Shown here: piece after piece, positions 43,901-53,005 of the stretch
Layout of the letters: every line of letters starts with the position of its first letter
Numbering within the stretch: position 1 is the stretch's first letter
From: a virus
Lineage: Duplodnaviria > Caudoviricetes
Direction: 5' to 3' (one strand)
Length of the DNA: 64,000 nucleotides
Virus record (IMG/VR): IMGVR_UViG_3300029288_000001
Coordinates: 96,001-160,000 of that record
Translations under genes and position numbers: made by a program
Notes under the pieces: model-generated
What the model was told of the DNA's origin: nothing
Database searches by the model: none
What the model saw: only the letters and a program-made list of their open reading frames with translations

Positions 43901-46326
43901 TTGGTGGTTTAAGGACGGCATCGAAGTCTACATAAGCCGCGACTACGACGTCCACGGAATCGACCCCGATCTGAGCGATCGCGAGAACGAATATAACAAC
44001 CGTTACAACGCGCTCGAATACGACCTACTGATCGCGTGGGTGGATAGAACCTTACAACGGAAAAAAGAGGTAAAATAAATGAACAAAATGGAATTAATAT
44101 CGTGGTTGGAAGAACAAGGGTTTAAACCCTACGATCATAGCGATGGGATCGTGCGGTTGTGGAAGGGAGATCTATGTGTTTCTATCTTTAAAGATGGAAA
44201 AGCGCGAGCGTGCGATCTTGGATACGAACTCCCTTCTTTAACGGTAATCTATTGTAACGAATGGGAATACGAGCAGATCGAACGGTGGGTAAACCGGATA
44301 ACATATTACCGATCCCAAAATCAAGAAAAATCGGAGGGAAAATAACACGCATTACATGCTTGGACATTACTTCCCAACGGAGGAAGAGCAGCGGAAAAGG
44401 AACGAGTTCGAAAAAGCGTGTAAGGCGCATCGTAACACGAACCTTCCGTTTAACTACGACGGGAAGACTTTTAAATACTTCGAGCATACCCCACTGATGT
44501 TCCACCCGTTCCGTTTCAAGATACACCTTAAATCGCACGAGTCGATTAGTTTTATCCGCGAGAACGGTCAATGGGAAGAGTATCTAAGGAGCGAAACGTG
44601 GAAGGTGCGAAATTTAATAAAACTATACTGGACTATTAAGAAAAAGGTAAGAGGGAAAAATAAACGACCGAGTTAAACTATTTCGAGAGAAAAATCGAGG
44701 AGATCAAATGCACGATATCCACTTTAGAACGCGACATAAAGGACTACGAGGTAGAAGGTATTTACTTCGAAAGGATTAAGAAAGTTATTCCCGATGTAGT
44801 CGTGGAAGTTACGAAATACCACAAGGAGTGGTTCGAAGCCGAGTCCGTGAACAAGGACTGGGAAGAGCTCTATTTCAAGGAAGGAAGCACCTGCGGAGGG
44901 TATAGTTCTACGCCGATCAAAGTGGGCGGAATAAGAAAAATAGAAGGAAGGTGGGTCCACAGCACGAAAGACCTCGTGATCGCGTGGGAATGTCGTTACG
45001 GAGGGTGCGACGGAGAGTTCGGTATAAAAGAACACTGGGAAGGTTACGAACCGAAGAAAAGTTGGGAAGAACTGGTCAAGGAAGCGTTTGGAGAACGGGC
45101 GGTTCCGATCGTGCGTCAGAAACTAGACGAGCACCCGTATAAGATCGTAGAAGACTACGACGAGGAGGACGAATAGAATGGACGAAAAAGAGCGTGAGTT
45201 CTTAGAGATCGATAACGATCGCATGCCGATATGTAACGATCCTGGAACGCCAAAGCTTATGACCATTAAAAAAAGAATCTCCCGCTTAGAGGACGAGCTA
45301 GCGCGGTTAGAAGACGCAACGCTCGTTATGAACAACAATCTATTAGCGGTGTCGAAAACGCTCGTTCGTATGGGAAAAGCGTTCGAGAAATGCGTATGTC
45401 CCGACTGCGCCGACAAGCCACGGTGTTTACATTTTATACATAAATTTAAAAGGGATTAATAAAATGGATGTAATAGACTTAAACGAGATCGATAAGTTAA
45501 AGAAATGGTTTAAGCGAGGATTTAGAGCGGGAAACGCGTATTGGCATTTCATGAGCCAAGAAAAAGCGGACCGCGTTAGCGAGAACGAGTTTGTGGCAAT
45601 TATTGCCAATCTAAGAAAAATAAAGGAGGACGAGTAATACGACAGACCCGATCACGACAGACCATAAGGAACCGATCGTGGTAAAGAAGGAGTGGACTAC
45701 TGCGCGTAGTTATTCCGAGGAGCATCCGTTCCTAGGATACGCGATCTGCATGGAGTGCGGACAAGGCATTCCCGTGCATAAGGATATGTGGTGGTCGATC
45801 TTCTGTAGCGACAAATGCCACGACAGGTTCTTTAATAAAGCGTATAGAGAGAGCGATAAGAAATGACCGATTGTTTGTTCTCGCGCTACGACCTCGACGG
45901 GTTAGACGGCGATCAAAAAACCTACACTTACGGACAGTTGTTAAACAAATGTAAATGTCCCAATTGCCAGAAAGAAAAAGAGATATTAAAGAAAATAAAA
46001 GAGGAAAAGAAAAAATGAACCAAGAAGAGAGAGAGAAAAGAAAAGAAGAGTTTTTTACCCATTTAAACGATCGAATAAAAAAGAACTTTTTGAAGGTGGA
46101 TAAGATTACCGTGATCAATACCAGCGAGCCCTTCCAGACCCACGAAGAGAAAGAGCTCGTTAACAACGGCTACATTTCGATAGACGAAGGTGGTCTTAGC
46201 ATCATTAGCGTGGATAATGAGAATCCGTTCGATTTATCGATCTGTCCTTCCTATAAGGACGAGCACGAGATAGAGATCGTGATTAAATCCACATTTAAGA
46301 AGTCCAAGAACGAAGATGATAAGTAA
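40931..46326 (+). CDS. Plus-strand cluster of about 18 small hypothetical proteins
   Basis: Coupled ORFs, e.g. 40931-41446, 41457-41819 (2 TM + Zn ribbon), 41833-42123, 42188-42373, 42380-42628, 42647-42898, 43069-43398, 43574-43804, 43797-44078, 44079-44345, 44347-44676, 44664-45176, 45178-45459, 45639-45866, 46015-46326. Confidence 0.6.
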
Positions 46327-46936
46327 TACGATCGACCAGATAGTAAAGATCTACGAAATTATTAAGGAGATCGTCTTACAAGACGGTCACGGAAACGAGA
46401 TCGAGTGGTGTAAAAACATCTATTTAAACGCGCTCTCGGAAGAGAACTTCTACCGCGAGTATTCGTGGGTGGTGATCAACTCGGGAATGAAATACCAAGT
46501 CGCGAAGAGAATATACGACGCGTTCTGGAAAGATAATACCGTTAACTTCGACGCGGTAAGACATCCCAATAAAAATAAAGCGCTCCGGCAGGTCTATTCA
46601 AGATTGGATCAGATCTTCTACTTCTTAAAATCGAGTTATAATCCTTTAAAATACCTCGAAACATTACCGCAGATCGGACCCGTTACCAAATACCACTTAG
46701 CACGAAACATAGGAATCGACTGCGCGAAGCCAGACCGTCATCTGGTAAGAATTGCGAGTTTCTTTGGCTACGAGGACGTCCAGAAGTTCTGTCAAGAGAT
46801 CGCGGACAAGACTGGAGACCGAATCGGCGTGGTGGACATCGTGTGGTGGAGGTTCGCAGAGTCCTATCCCAATTATTTAGATCAGATTACCTACGCGAAA
46901 GAAAGGAGGAAAAATCGTGAAGAAAAAGAGCGATAA
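46316..46936 (+). CDS. HhH-GPD superfamily DNA glycosylase-like protein
   Basis: LETLPQIGPVTKYHLARNIGIDCAKPDRHLVR. Confidence 0.75.
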   Translation: MISNTIDQIVKIYEIIKEIVLQDGHGNEIEWCKNIYLNALSEENFYREYSWVVINSGMKYQVAKRIYDAFWKDNTVNFDAVRHPNKNKALRQVYSRLDQIFYFLKSSYNPLKYLETLPQIGPVTKYHLARNIGIDCAKPDRHLVRIASFFGYEDVQKFCQEIADKTGDRIGVVDIVWWRFAESYPNYLDQITYAKERRKNREEKER

Positions 46937-47272
46937 ACCAATGACAGAAGAAGAATTTCAACAAAGTCTAATTAACATGGTCAATAAAGGCACGCTTTAT
47001 TACGAAATGAAGAACGGCGAACCAGCCTTTCAATTAACGGAAGAAGGAATAAAAGAATACGAGAGATATAAATATTACGAGAAACATATAAAACCTCTAG
47101 GAGGATTGAAACATCTCATAGGAAAGAAATGCCCAATATGTAGTAGAGTCTCCACAGAAACTAACGATGGTATCTACGACGAAAAGACCGACGAGGTAAT
47201 CTGTTATGGTTGTTGGTTTGAATACAAAAAGAAAAAAGGGTATACAAAAAACTACGATTTTGAGGAAAGACT

Positions 47273-47827
47273 ATGATCGATAAGAAAAAAGAGCGATGGT
47301 TGTTTTGTTGCACCTCGGGCATGATCCGCAGTCCCACGGCGGCAAGAATGTTTGAGAACGAAGATTGCGACACGATGTTTATAGGCTTAGAGTACAACGG
47401 TATATGGAAGGTAAAAGAACAGTTAGATGGACATATATCGTGGGCGACCAAGATCTTCGTGATGGAAGACGAGCAGGAAACTTTTCTTTTATCGTTATTT
47501 CCCGATCTCGAAATCTTTAATTTAAATGTTCTCGATACATACGAGTGCGACTCTCCCGCGTTGAAGGAAATCCTCCAAGAGAGAATGCGTAACTGCGGCG
47601 TAGAGGAAAAATATCCAAAGGAGATGTTGGAAGAAGCTATGAAAGGAAAGAGCGCTCCGTATGTGCCTTTAAAGGTGTTGGAATCGAAGCGCGATCTCTG
47701 CGACTGGACAGACCGAATGGACGCGCTCGTGATTCCCTTGTTAAGATTTCCTAGCCCTACTTACGCCGCTTATATGAATTTAATGCGCGAACTAGAGAAA
47801 TTCTTATTAAAAAGAGATCTTATTTAA
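47273..47827 (+). CDS. Low-molecular-weight protein tyrosine phosphatase-like protein
   Basis: LFCCTSGMIRSPTAA (CX5RS P-loop), WATKIFVME. Confidence 0.8.
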   Translation: MIDKKKERWLFCCTSGMIRSPTAARMFENEDCDTMFIGLEYNGIWKVKEQLDGHISWATKIFVMEDEQETFLLSLFPDLEIFNLNVLDTYECDSPALKEILQERMRNCGVEEKYPKEMLEEAMKGKSAPYVPLKVLESKRDLCDWTDRMDALVIPLLRFPSPTYAAYMNLMRELEKFLLKRDLI

Positions 47828-48515
47828 GAAAAAAACATCGTATTAGATCGTTAATAAACACGCATAAAAACAACTTTATTTTATTATTAGTTATGACTAA
47901 TACAACTAAAGAAGATTTAAAATTAAAAGAAATAAAAGAGTTTCTTGTCGTAGTAGATAAATACAAAAAAACATTAGAGAACTACGATCTCGCGGGATTA
48001 GAAGAGTTAGAGAAGAAATTGCAGATCTTAGAATCTATGCGGTGGAGTTTAAATAAACCTATCCATAGAGTCTTGGGAGGCGTGGGATTAGATGAGGACG
48101 ACGAACTACCAATTCCTATACCCGAGCCTGCGATCAGTAAGGTAGACCGCATAGTTGCGAATCTAATCAACCCCAACAGCATACGGCGCCTCGCCGAAGG
48201 ATTAACGGGCGTTGCCGATAACCTAGACAAGAAAAAAGAGCCTAAACAATGAGCGAGTACGAAAACCTAAAAAACGAGTTCGAGCGGAAGGTAAAGGAGC
48301 TCCAAGAGAAATGTCCACATACTACTACGAAGTGGTATATGCACATGTGGGCGCCAGGGCATTTTAGCGGCGAGGATATATTAGTGTGCGAGAACTGCGA
48401 TAAGCACCTTGGAAAACGCCCTACCCAACGAACGAATTAATTACCTTTTTTTTAGTATATAAAGACAATTGTTATCAATGAATCCAGATTCATTTCTATT
48501 TTTATAGTTCAACTA

Positions 48516-48587
48516 TGGGAATGGAGGGATTTGAACCCTCGACCTCTCGGTCCCAAACCGAGAATCCTACTTCTGGACGACATTCCC
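48516..48587 (-). tRNA. tRNA-Pro(TGG)
   Basis: GGGAATG/CATTCCC; CTCGG-TTTGGGA-CCGAG; GAGGG-TTCAAAT-CCCTC. Confidence 0.85.
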
Positions 48588-48598
48588 GTTGAACTAAG

Positions 48599-48672
48599 TT
48601 GAGGTAGAGGGAGTTGAACCCTCGCTGACCGCGTTATAAGCACGGCGCTCTACCAAACTGAGCTACACCTCA
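48599..48672 (-). tRNA. tRNA-Ile(TAT)
   Basis: TGAGGTG/TACCTCA; GCTCAGTTTGGTAGAGC D-arm; CCGTG-CTTATAA-CGCGG. Confidence 0.88.
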
Positions 48673-48680
48673 GTATTAAG

Positions 48681-48820
48681 CGCGGCGGGGAGGATTTGAA
48701 CCTCCGTGCCATTACGGCAAACTCGATTTCGGTTCTCGGAGCGAGAATAGCAATCTCGGATTCAATTGTCGGGAATTGACAATTCCAGTCGAGCTGAATA
48801 CCAGACTATCGTACCGCCGC
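48681..48820 (-). tRNA. tRNA-Ser(GGA) with about 55-nt intron at 37/38
   Basis: GCGGCGG/CCGCCGC-G; CTCGA CT GGA A [55 nt] A TCGAG; long variable arm TGCCGTAATGGCA. Confidence 0.8.
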
Positions 48821-48838
48821 ATTTTATCCTTGAAGTCA

Positions 48839-48908
48839 AGCCAGCGAGGAGAATTGAACTCCCGTGTAGAGGTCTGCAGCCTCCTGCTTACCGCTAAGCT
48901 ACGCCGGC
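48839..48908 (-). tRNA. tRNA-Cys(GCA)
   Basis: GCCGGCG/CGCTGGC-T; GGAGG-CTGCAGA-CCTCT. Confidence 0.88.
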
Positions 48909-48918
48909 ATAGTAGTAG

Positions 48919-49502
48919 TGCAGAGAGCAGGATTCGAACCTGCGGGTAGGACCTTGCCAACTAGATTTCTAACGGAACGCTTTGAGTTTCGCTTTCTTAG
49001 TTTCGCGTAAATATCGAATAGCAGAAAATAAAATCATAGGATTTTCGTATGCTCTCCCAATCATTTGATTACAACTATTACATAATAATCCTCTGAATCT
49101 TTTTGTTCTATGATCGTGATCGACATGGAAGTTTCCTTTTCCTTTAGGTGTTTTTGTTCCACAAATTGCACATCTACGGTTTTGTCCATCCAAAATTTTT
49201 TCAAATTGTTCGATTGTCATACCATAGCATTTTTTCAAATTATTTTTTCTATCTTTTTCTTTTTGATGATTCATAGGATTTTTTCTATAGTTTCTTTGAT
49301 ATTTTGAATGACACGATTTACAATCTCGTTGATAACCATCTTTTTCCCCTTTGTTCTTATGAAACTCCGAAATGCTTTTCATTTCTCCACATACGATACA
49401 TTTTTTTTCATTCATAATAATTCCTATTCAATATTTATTTCGCTCTTAACCATCCAGGTAAAGGATTTAAGTCTAGCGCGTTGACCGCTCCGCCATCTCT
49501 GC
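48919..49502 (-). tRNA. tRNA-Leu(TAA) split by a 499-nt protein-coding intron (about 48967-49465)
   Basis: 5' exon GCAGAGATGGCGGAGCGGTCAACGCGCTAGACTTAAA; 3' exon ATCTAG..long variable arm..GCAGGTTCGAATCCTGCTCTCTGCA. Confidence 0.88.
48969..49415 (-). CDS. Intron-encoded endonuclease VII-like (His-Me finger) homing endonuclease
   Basis: CIVCG..CKSC N-terminal finger; QNRRCAICG...VDHDHRTKRFRGLLCNSCN. Confidence 0.9.
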   Translation of the reverse strand: MNEKKCIVCGEMKSISEFHKNKGEKDGYQRDCKSCHSKYQRNYRKNPMNHQKEKDRKNNLKKCYGMTIEQFEKILDGQNRRCAICGTKTPKGKGNFHVDHDHRTKRFRGLLCNSCNQMIGRAYENPMILFSAIRYLRETKKAKLKAFR

Positions 49503-49689
49503 GTGGTATAATTAATAGGATAAAAATAAGAAGTAGTCTCTTAACCAATGCAACGCCATTACGGCAATGGCGACGAACAACTACTTATTGAGAGAGACAG
49601 CATGATTACACGATCAAATTATAATATATAATAATTGATTAGTTTCTATTTAAACTTTTTTATCAATCGTTTTATAAGAAAGAATCGGT

Positions 49690-49716
49690 GGGGCTCAGCC
49701 ATAGCTTCATTGCCCC
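49690..49716 (-). ncRNA. Canonical kink-turn hairpin
   Basis: GGGGC AAU GA AGC UAUG GCU GA GCCCC: C-stem, 3-nt bulge, tandem G-A pairs, NC stem. Confidence 0.65.
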
Positions 49717-49737
49717 TTTCAAAATAGGTTAATGTGA

Positions 49738-50068
49738 TGGTGCCAGGAGATGGATTTTAACCACCAATCTCCGCGATGCGCTTTTCGCGGGGTCTTATCT
49801 TCGTCGCCAAAGCCTTTGTACTTCGGGCGTTAAACGATCCCAGCGTCAAGAATGGTCGGAGGGAACAGTCGATGAATCCGTTAACAGCTCTGTGTCTGCG
49901 TATCGCGACGAGCAGAGCCACACAAAACCCTTACTCGCCCAATCATTCTGAGAGCGTCTCCTCCGTTGATGGGCGTAGCAGAAGCGTAAGCCGTGGGCGC
50001 AACTCCACAGACTCGGCGCAATACCTTTCAGCCACAAGAGCCGTTAAGTCCTTACGCCATTTCCATTA
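49738..50068 (-). ncRNA. Large structured RNA ending in an aberrant tRNA-like domain with encoded CCA
   Basis: GC-rich intergenic region; acceptor GCTGGGA/TCCTGGC-A-CCA, T-arm GGTGG-TTAAAAT-CCATC; upstream helices TTAACGGCTC/GAGCTGTTAA, GCGTAAG/CTTACGC, CGCCCA/TGGGCG. Confidence 0.6.
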
Positions 50069-50187
50069 GTCAACGATAGACGCTTCGTAACAGAAATGCT
50101 ACTCGGTAATTACCTAGTATATAGTAAGATCGTAGGAATATTTAAATATTGTTGTTAAAAAAAGAATAAAAATTAGAAAAAAAGGTC

Positions 50188-50340
50188 TTATAGAACGCTC
50201 CACATAGGCTGCGGGTTCTGAATTACCACCGCACCGCACATAGGACACCGCACATCGGAAGATAGAACCAGAAACATGTAGTCTTCCTGATTACCGCAGA
50301 AGGTTCCGCATTTCGGGCAATAGATCGGGGTTCCGTTCAT
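50188..50340 (-). CDS. 50-aa zinc-ribbon protein
   Basis: MNGTPIYCPKCGTFCG...VRCPMCGAVV. Confidence 0.6.
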   Translation of the reverse strand: MNGTPIYCPKCGTFCGNQEDYMFLVLSSDVRCPMCGAVVIQNPQPMWSVL

Positions 50341-50390
50341 AATCTATAGATCGGTTTTTTTCTATTTAAAGATTGTTATTATAGATAAAA

Positions 50391-50600
50391 TAAGATGCCG
50401 TTGTTCTACCAGCTTAAACTATACCCATTGATCGCGTGATATCTGGGTGATCAAGCCTGGACGGTGCGCGATTCAATCCAATACTACGATCCCACGCTTG
50501 TTATAGAGCGATCAACTCCATGGGGCGCAAGATCTAGCTCGTATCGTGCCAATTAAGGGGGTAGTTGGGTCTCGAACCCACTCCTCGCGGCTAATCATTA
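50391..50600 (-). ncRNA. Circularly permuted tRNA-like RNA (YrlA-like topology)
   Basis: Order 5'-3': GCCG stem, T-arm GTGGG-TTCGAGA-CCCA, TACCC, about 130-nt insert, GGGTA, D-arm GTTTAAGCTGGTAGAAC, CGGC, then T-rich tract; TTTATAAA about 25-30 nt upstream. Confidence 0.7.
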
Positions 50601-50689
50601 GTAGATTCCTCTCTTTATAAATCTTCTTGTTAACCTTTTTATAATTGATTAACCCATTATACGGTGTAGATTAGAAAAAATAAATAAAA

Positions 50690-51452
50690 GTGATCAATAA
50701 AATGGAAATGGAAACGAAACCTGTATTTATAGAGTTTGCCGTGTTGTTTTGGACGGAGGAATGGAGCCAGAAGTGCCCGACCTGTAAGGGGGACATCAAG
50801 TACCACGACTGGTATGTGGAGGAATGGAATGACGACCGCGAAAGCGGCGAAGGAAGCGACGACTATTGTATTAAATGCGGATTAGAGTTAATCAAAAAAT
50901 CCTCGGAAGAACAGACCTTCGAGAGCCGCCCCCATATTATAAGCGAGAAAGTGGAGAAAGTCCAGAAAGCCGCCAAGGAAGCGATGGAAAAGATCTTGGA
51001 AAAAGGTAGAACCTTAGAAGGCTCGCTCGCGAACAGCGTAGGCGGCATATCCGACGAAGAGAGACCGCTCGTGTTGTTGATGGCACTAATGAACAATAAG
51101 AGCTCGCCAGAGCGGTTATCTAAGTTGTTCGAAGCGACTAAAAACATGAAAATAGACGTAGAAACGCTCGGAGAAGAGTTTGAAAAAGCGTTCTCTCAAG
51201 AATAAGAAAAGTAGGTGATTAAATTTGGAAAACGAGAAGGAAGCGAAGAAAATACTAAAACAATGTGGACTCACGCCAGACAACATCCAGCGGTTCGCGG
51301 AAGACATGGCAGCGAAAGCGTGCTCCACGGCGAGCGATGGTGCGTGGGCGCAATGTAAGGTCAATCCCAAGGAGTGTTATTCCGCGGTGTTGGAGGACGT
51401 GAAGCAGCGTATAGACCGCGAGCTAAAAGAAGTTAAAAAACTAATTAAATAA
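50690..51452 (+). CDS. Hypothetical proteins (50690-51205 zinc finger; 51225-51452)
   Basis: ORFs after an AT-rich divergent promoter. Confidence 0.6.
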
Positions 51453-51521
51453 TACTCTTTTTTTTAGAATTTCTATTTTACCCTTACTTTTTTATAGTCT
51501 AACGATCTATTATATAGTTAT

Positions 51522-53005
51522 ATGGAACAACCGACATCGTGGCATAAAATATTCGACGCCGATACGCGCGAAGCAAAGGAAGAAGCGCAGCAGTCGCAGC
51601 ATCCATATATAGATCGTATAAGAACTAACTGCGTTCCTTTACTTGCACCAGACGACGATAAAGCTAAAAGAGAACTCACGCGCAAAGAACGGGAAGATAA
51701 GTTCGATCAATGCGTTGGAAAAGAGAAGAGAAAAATAGCGATCTCCTATGGAAAGAAAGAAAGTAGCGCGTGGACCACATGCCACGATAAGGTCATGTTT
51801 ATTATGGACGAAAAGCATAGAACTAAGAGCCTCATGGATGTCTACGCTCAAGAAGTTAAGAATAAGGAATTCAACCAAGAGTTCTACGATCTATTACGAA
51901 CCGAAGCGTCAAAGGTTGAGCCTATGTCCGAATACCTCAGAAAGCAACAAACACTCACTCCCTTACCAAAGAAACCAGCGCCCAAGAAGGCACCAGAGAA
52001 ACTCTCCACGGAGGACTTCATAGAGGTAGCTCGCCCAAGCGTCAAACAAGAGCCAGTGGTGCTGAAGAAGCCCAAGAGTATACCAAAGAAAGTTCCAAAG
52101 TCGTTCGAGCAGAAACTACTAACGCCAGCAGAAGCCAAAGAAAGAATTAAGAAAATGAAGCGTAAAAGAGGTATAGATCTATGATAGTAGTCCAAGAATA
52201 TTTAGATAGAATAGATAACGAATGTTACCATCATTTACTATCGAGCGAGGACATTACTAAGAAGATGCTCACATGGAACGACCGCGTTAAGTCGTTCGAC
52301 CAGTGCGTGATCGCTGAGAAAGAAAAGATAGAACCCAACTATGTTCAGAAAGCAGATACTGTGTGGGAACAATGTAACGTTAATATCAGTACTATATTAG
52401 ACGATAAAAACAAATTCATGTCTATAATTGATCGGTATGCCGAAAATCTAAAAGGAAGGGAACTTGTCTACGAAATACCGTTTACTCCTCTTCCAGAAAG
52501 ACCTCCAATTCCTATTCTTCCTACTAGAAGATTCTTCACAAGAGAGGCTGCAGAAAGTGCCATAACAAGATATGTAGACCCTGCAGAGAGAAACCGTTAT
52601 TTAATGAGCCAGAAAGTGCTTGAAGCACAAGAACTAGAATTACTAAAGAAACGAGCTCTCCAAATACCAGAAGTTCAAGAAGAGGTACAACAAGTATTAC
52701 GAGAGTCATTTGGTGAAGTAAAAAAAGACATACAGTCGGATAAACCAGTGATAAGCGAACACTTAAAAGAGCCGCTTTATTGGAAGGACATCGGAGCACG
52801 TATGAGAGAACGCCTTGAGGAACAGAATCTGAGAACGATAACAGAGAATGAAAGAGTTATAGCTACGGAGGCTTTTGCAGCCTTAATAAAATATGTGAAA
52901 AAAGAACAATCTGGGAAGGAATTAAACGCCTTAGATAAATTTATGAAACAAAAGGCATTAGATAAACTAAGCCAGATACGATCTAATGAGGAAGGATATG
53001 ACTAA
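51522..53005 (+). CDS. Two paralogous hypothetical proteins (51522-52184, 52181-53005)
   Basis: Shared Y(I/L)DRI...C...FDQCV..EK.KI...W..C...I.D.K domain. Confidence 0.7.

Noticed and set aside
48967-49465. Cyanobacterial-type group I intron in tRNA-Leu(UAA)
   Set aside because: Junctions do not fit a U/G boundary at 34/35 and there is no apparent room for the catalytic core
49776-50069. ORFs 49776-50069 (+), 49846-50037 (-) and 48712-48960 (-)
   Set aside because: Overlap structured RNA or tRNA genes; atypical composition
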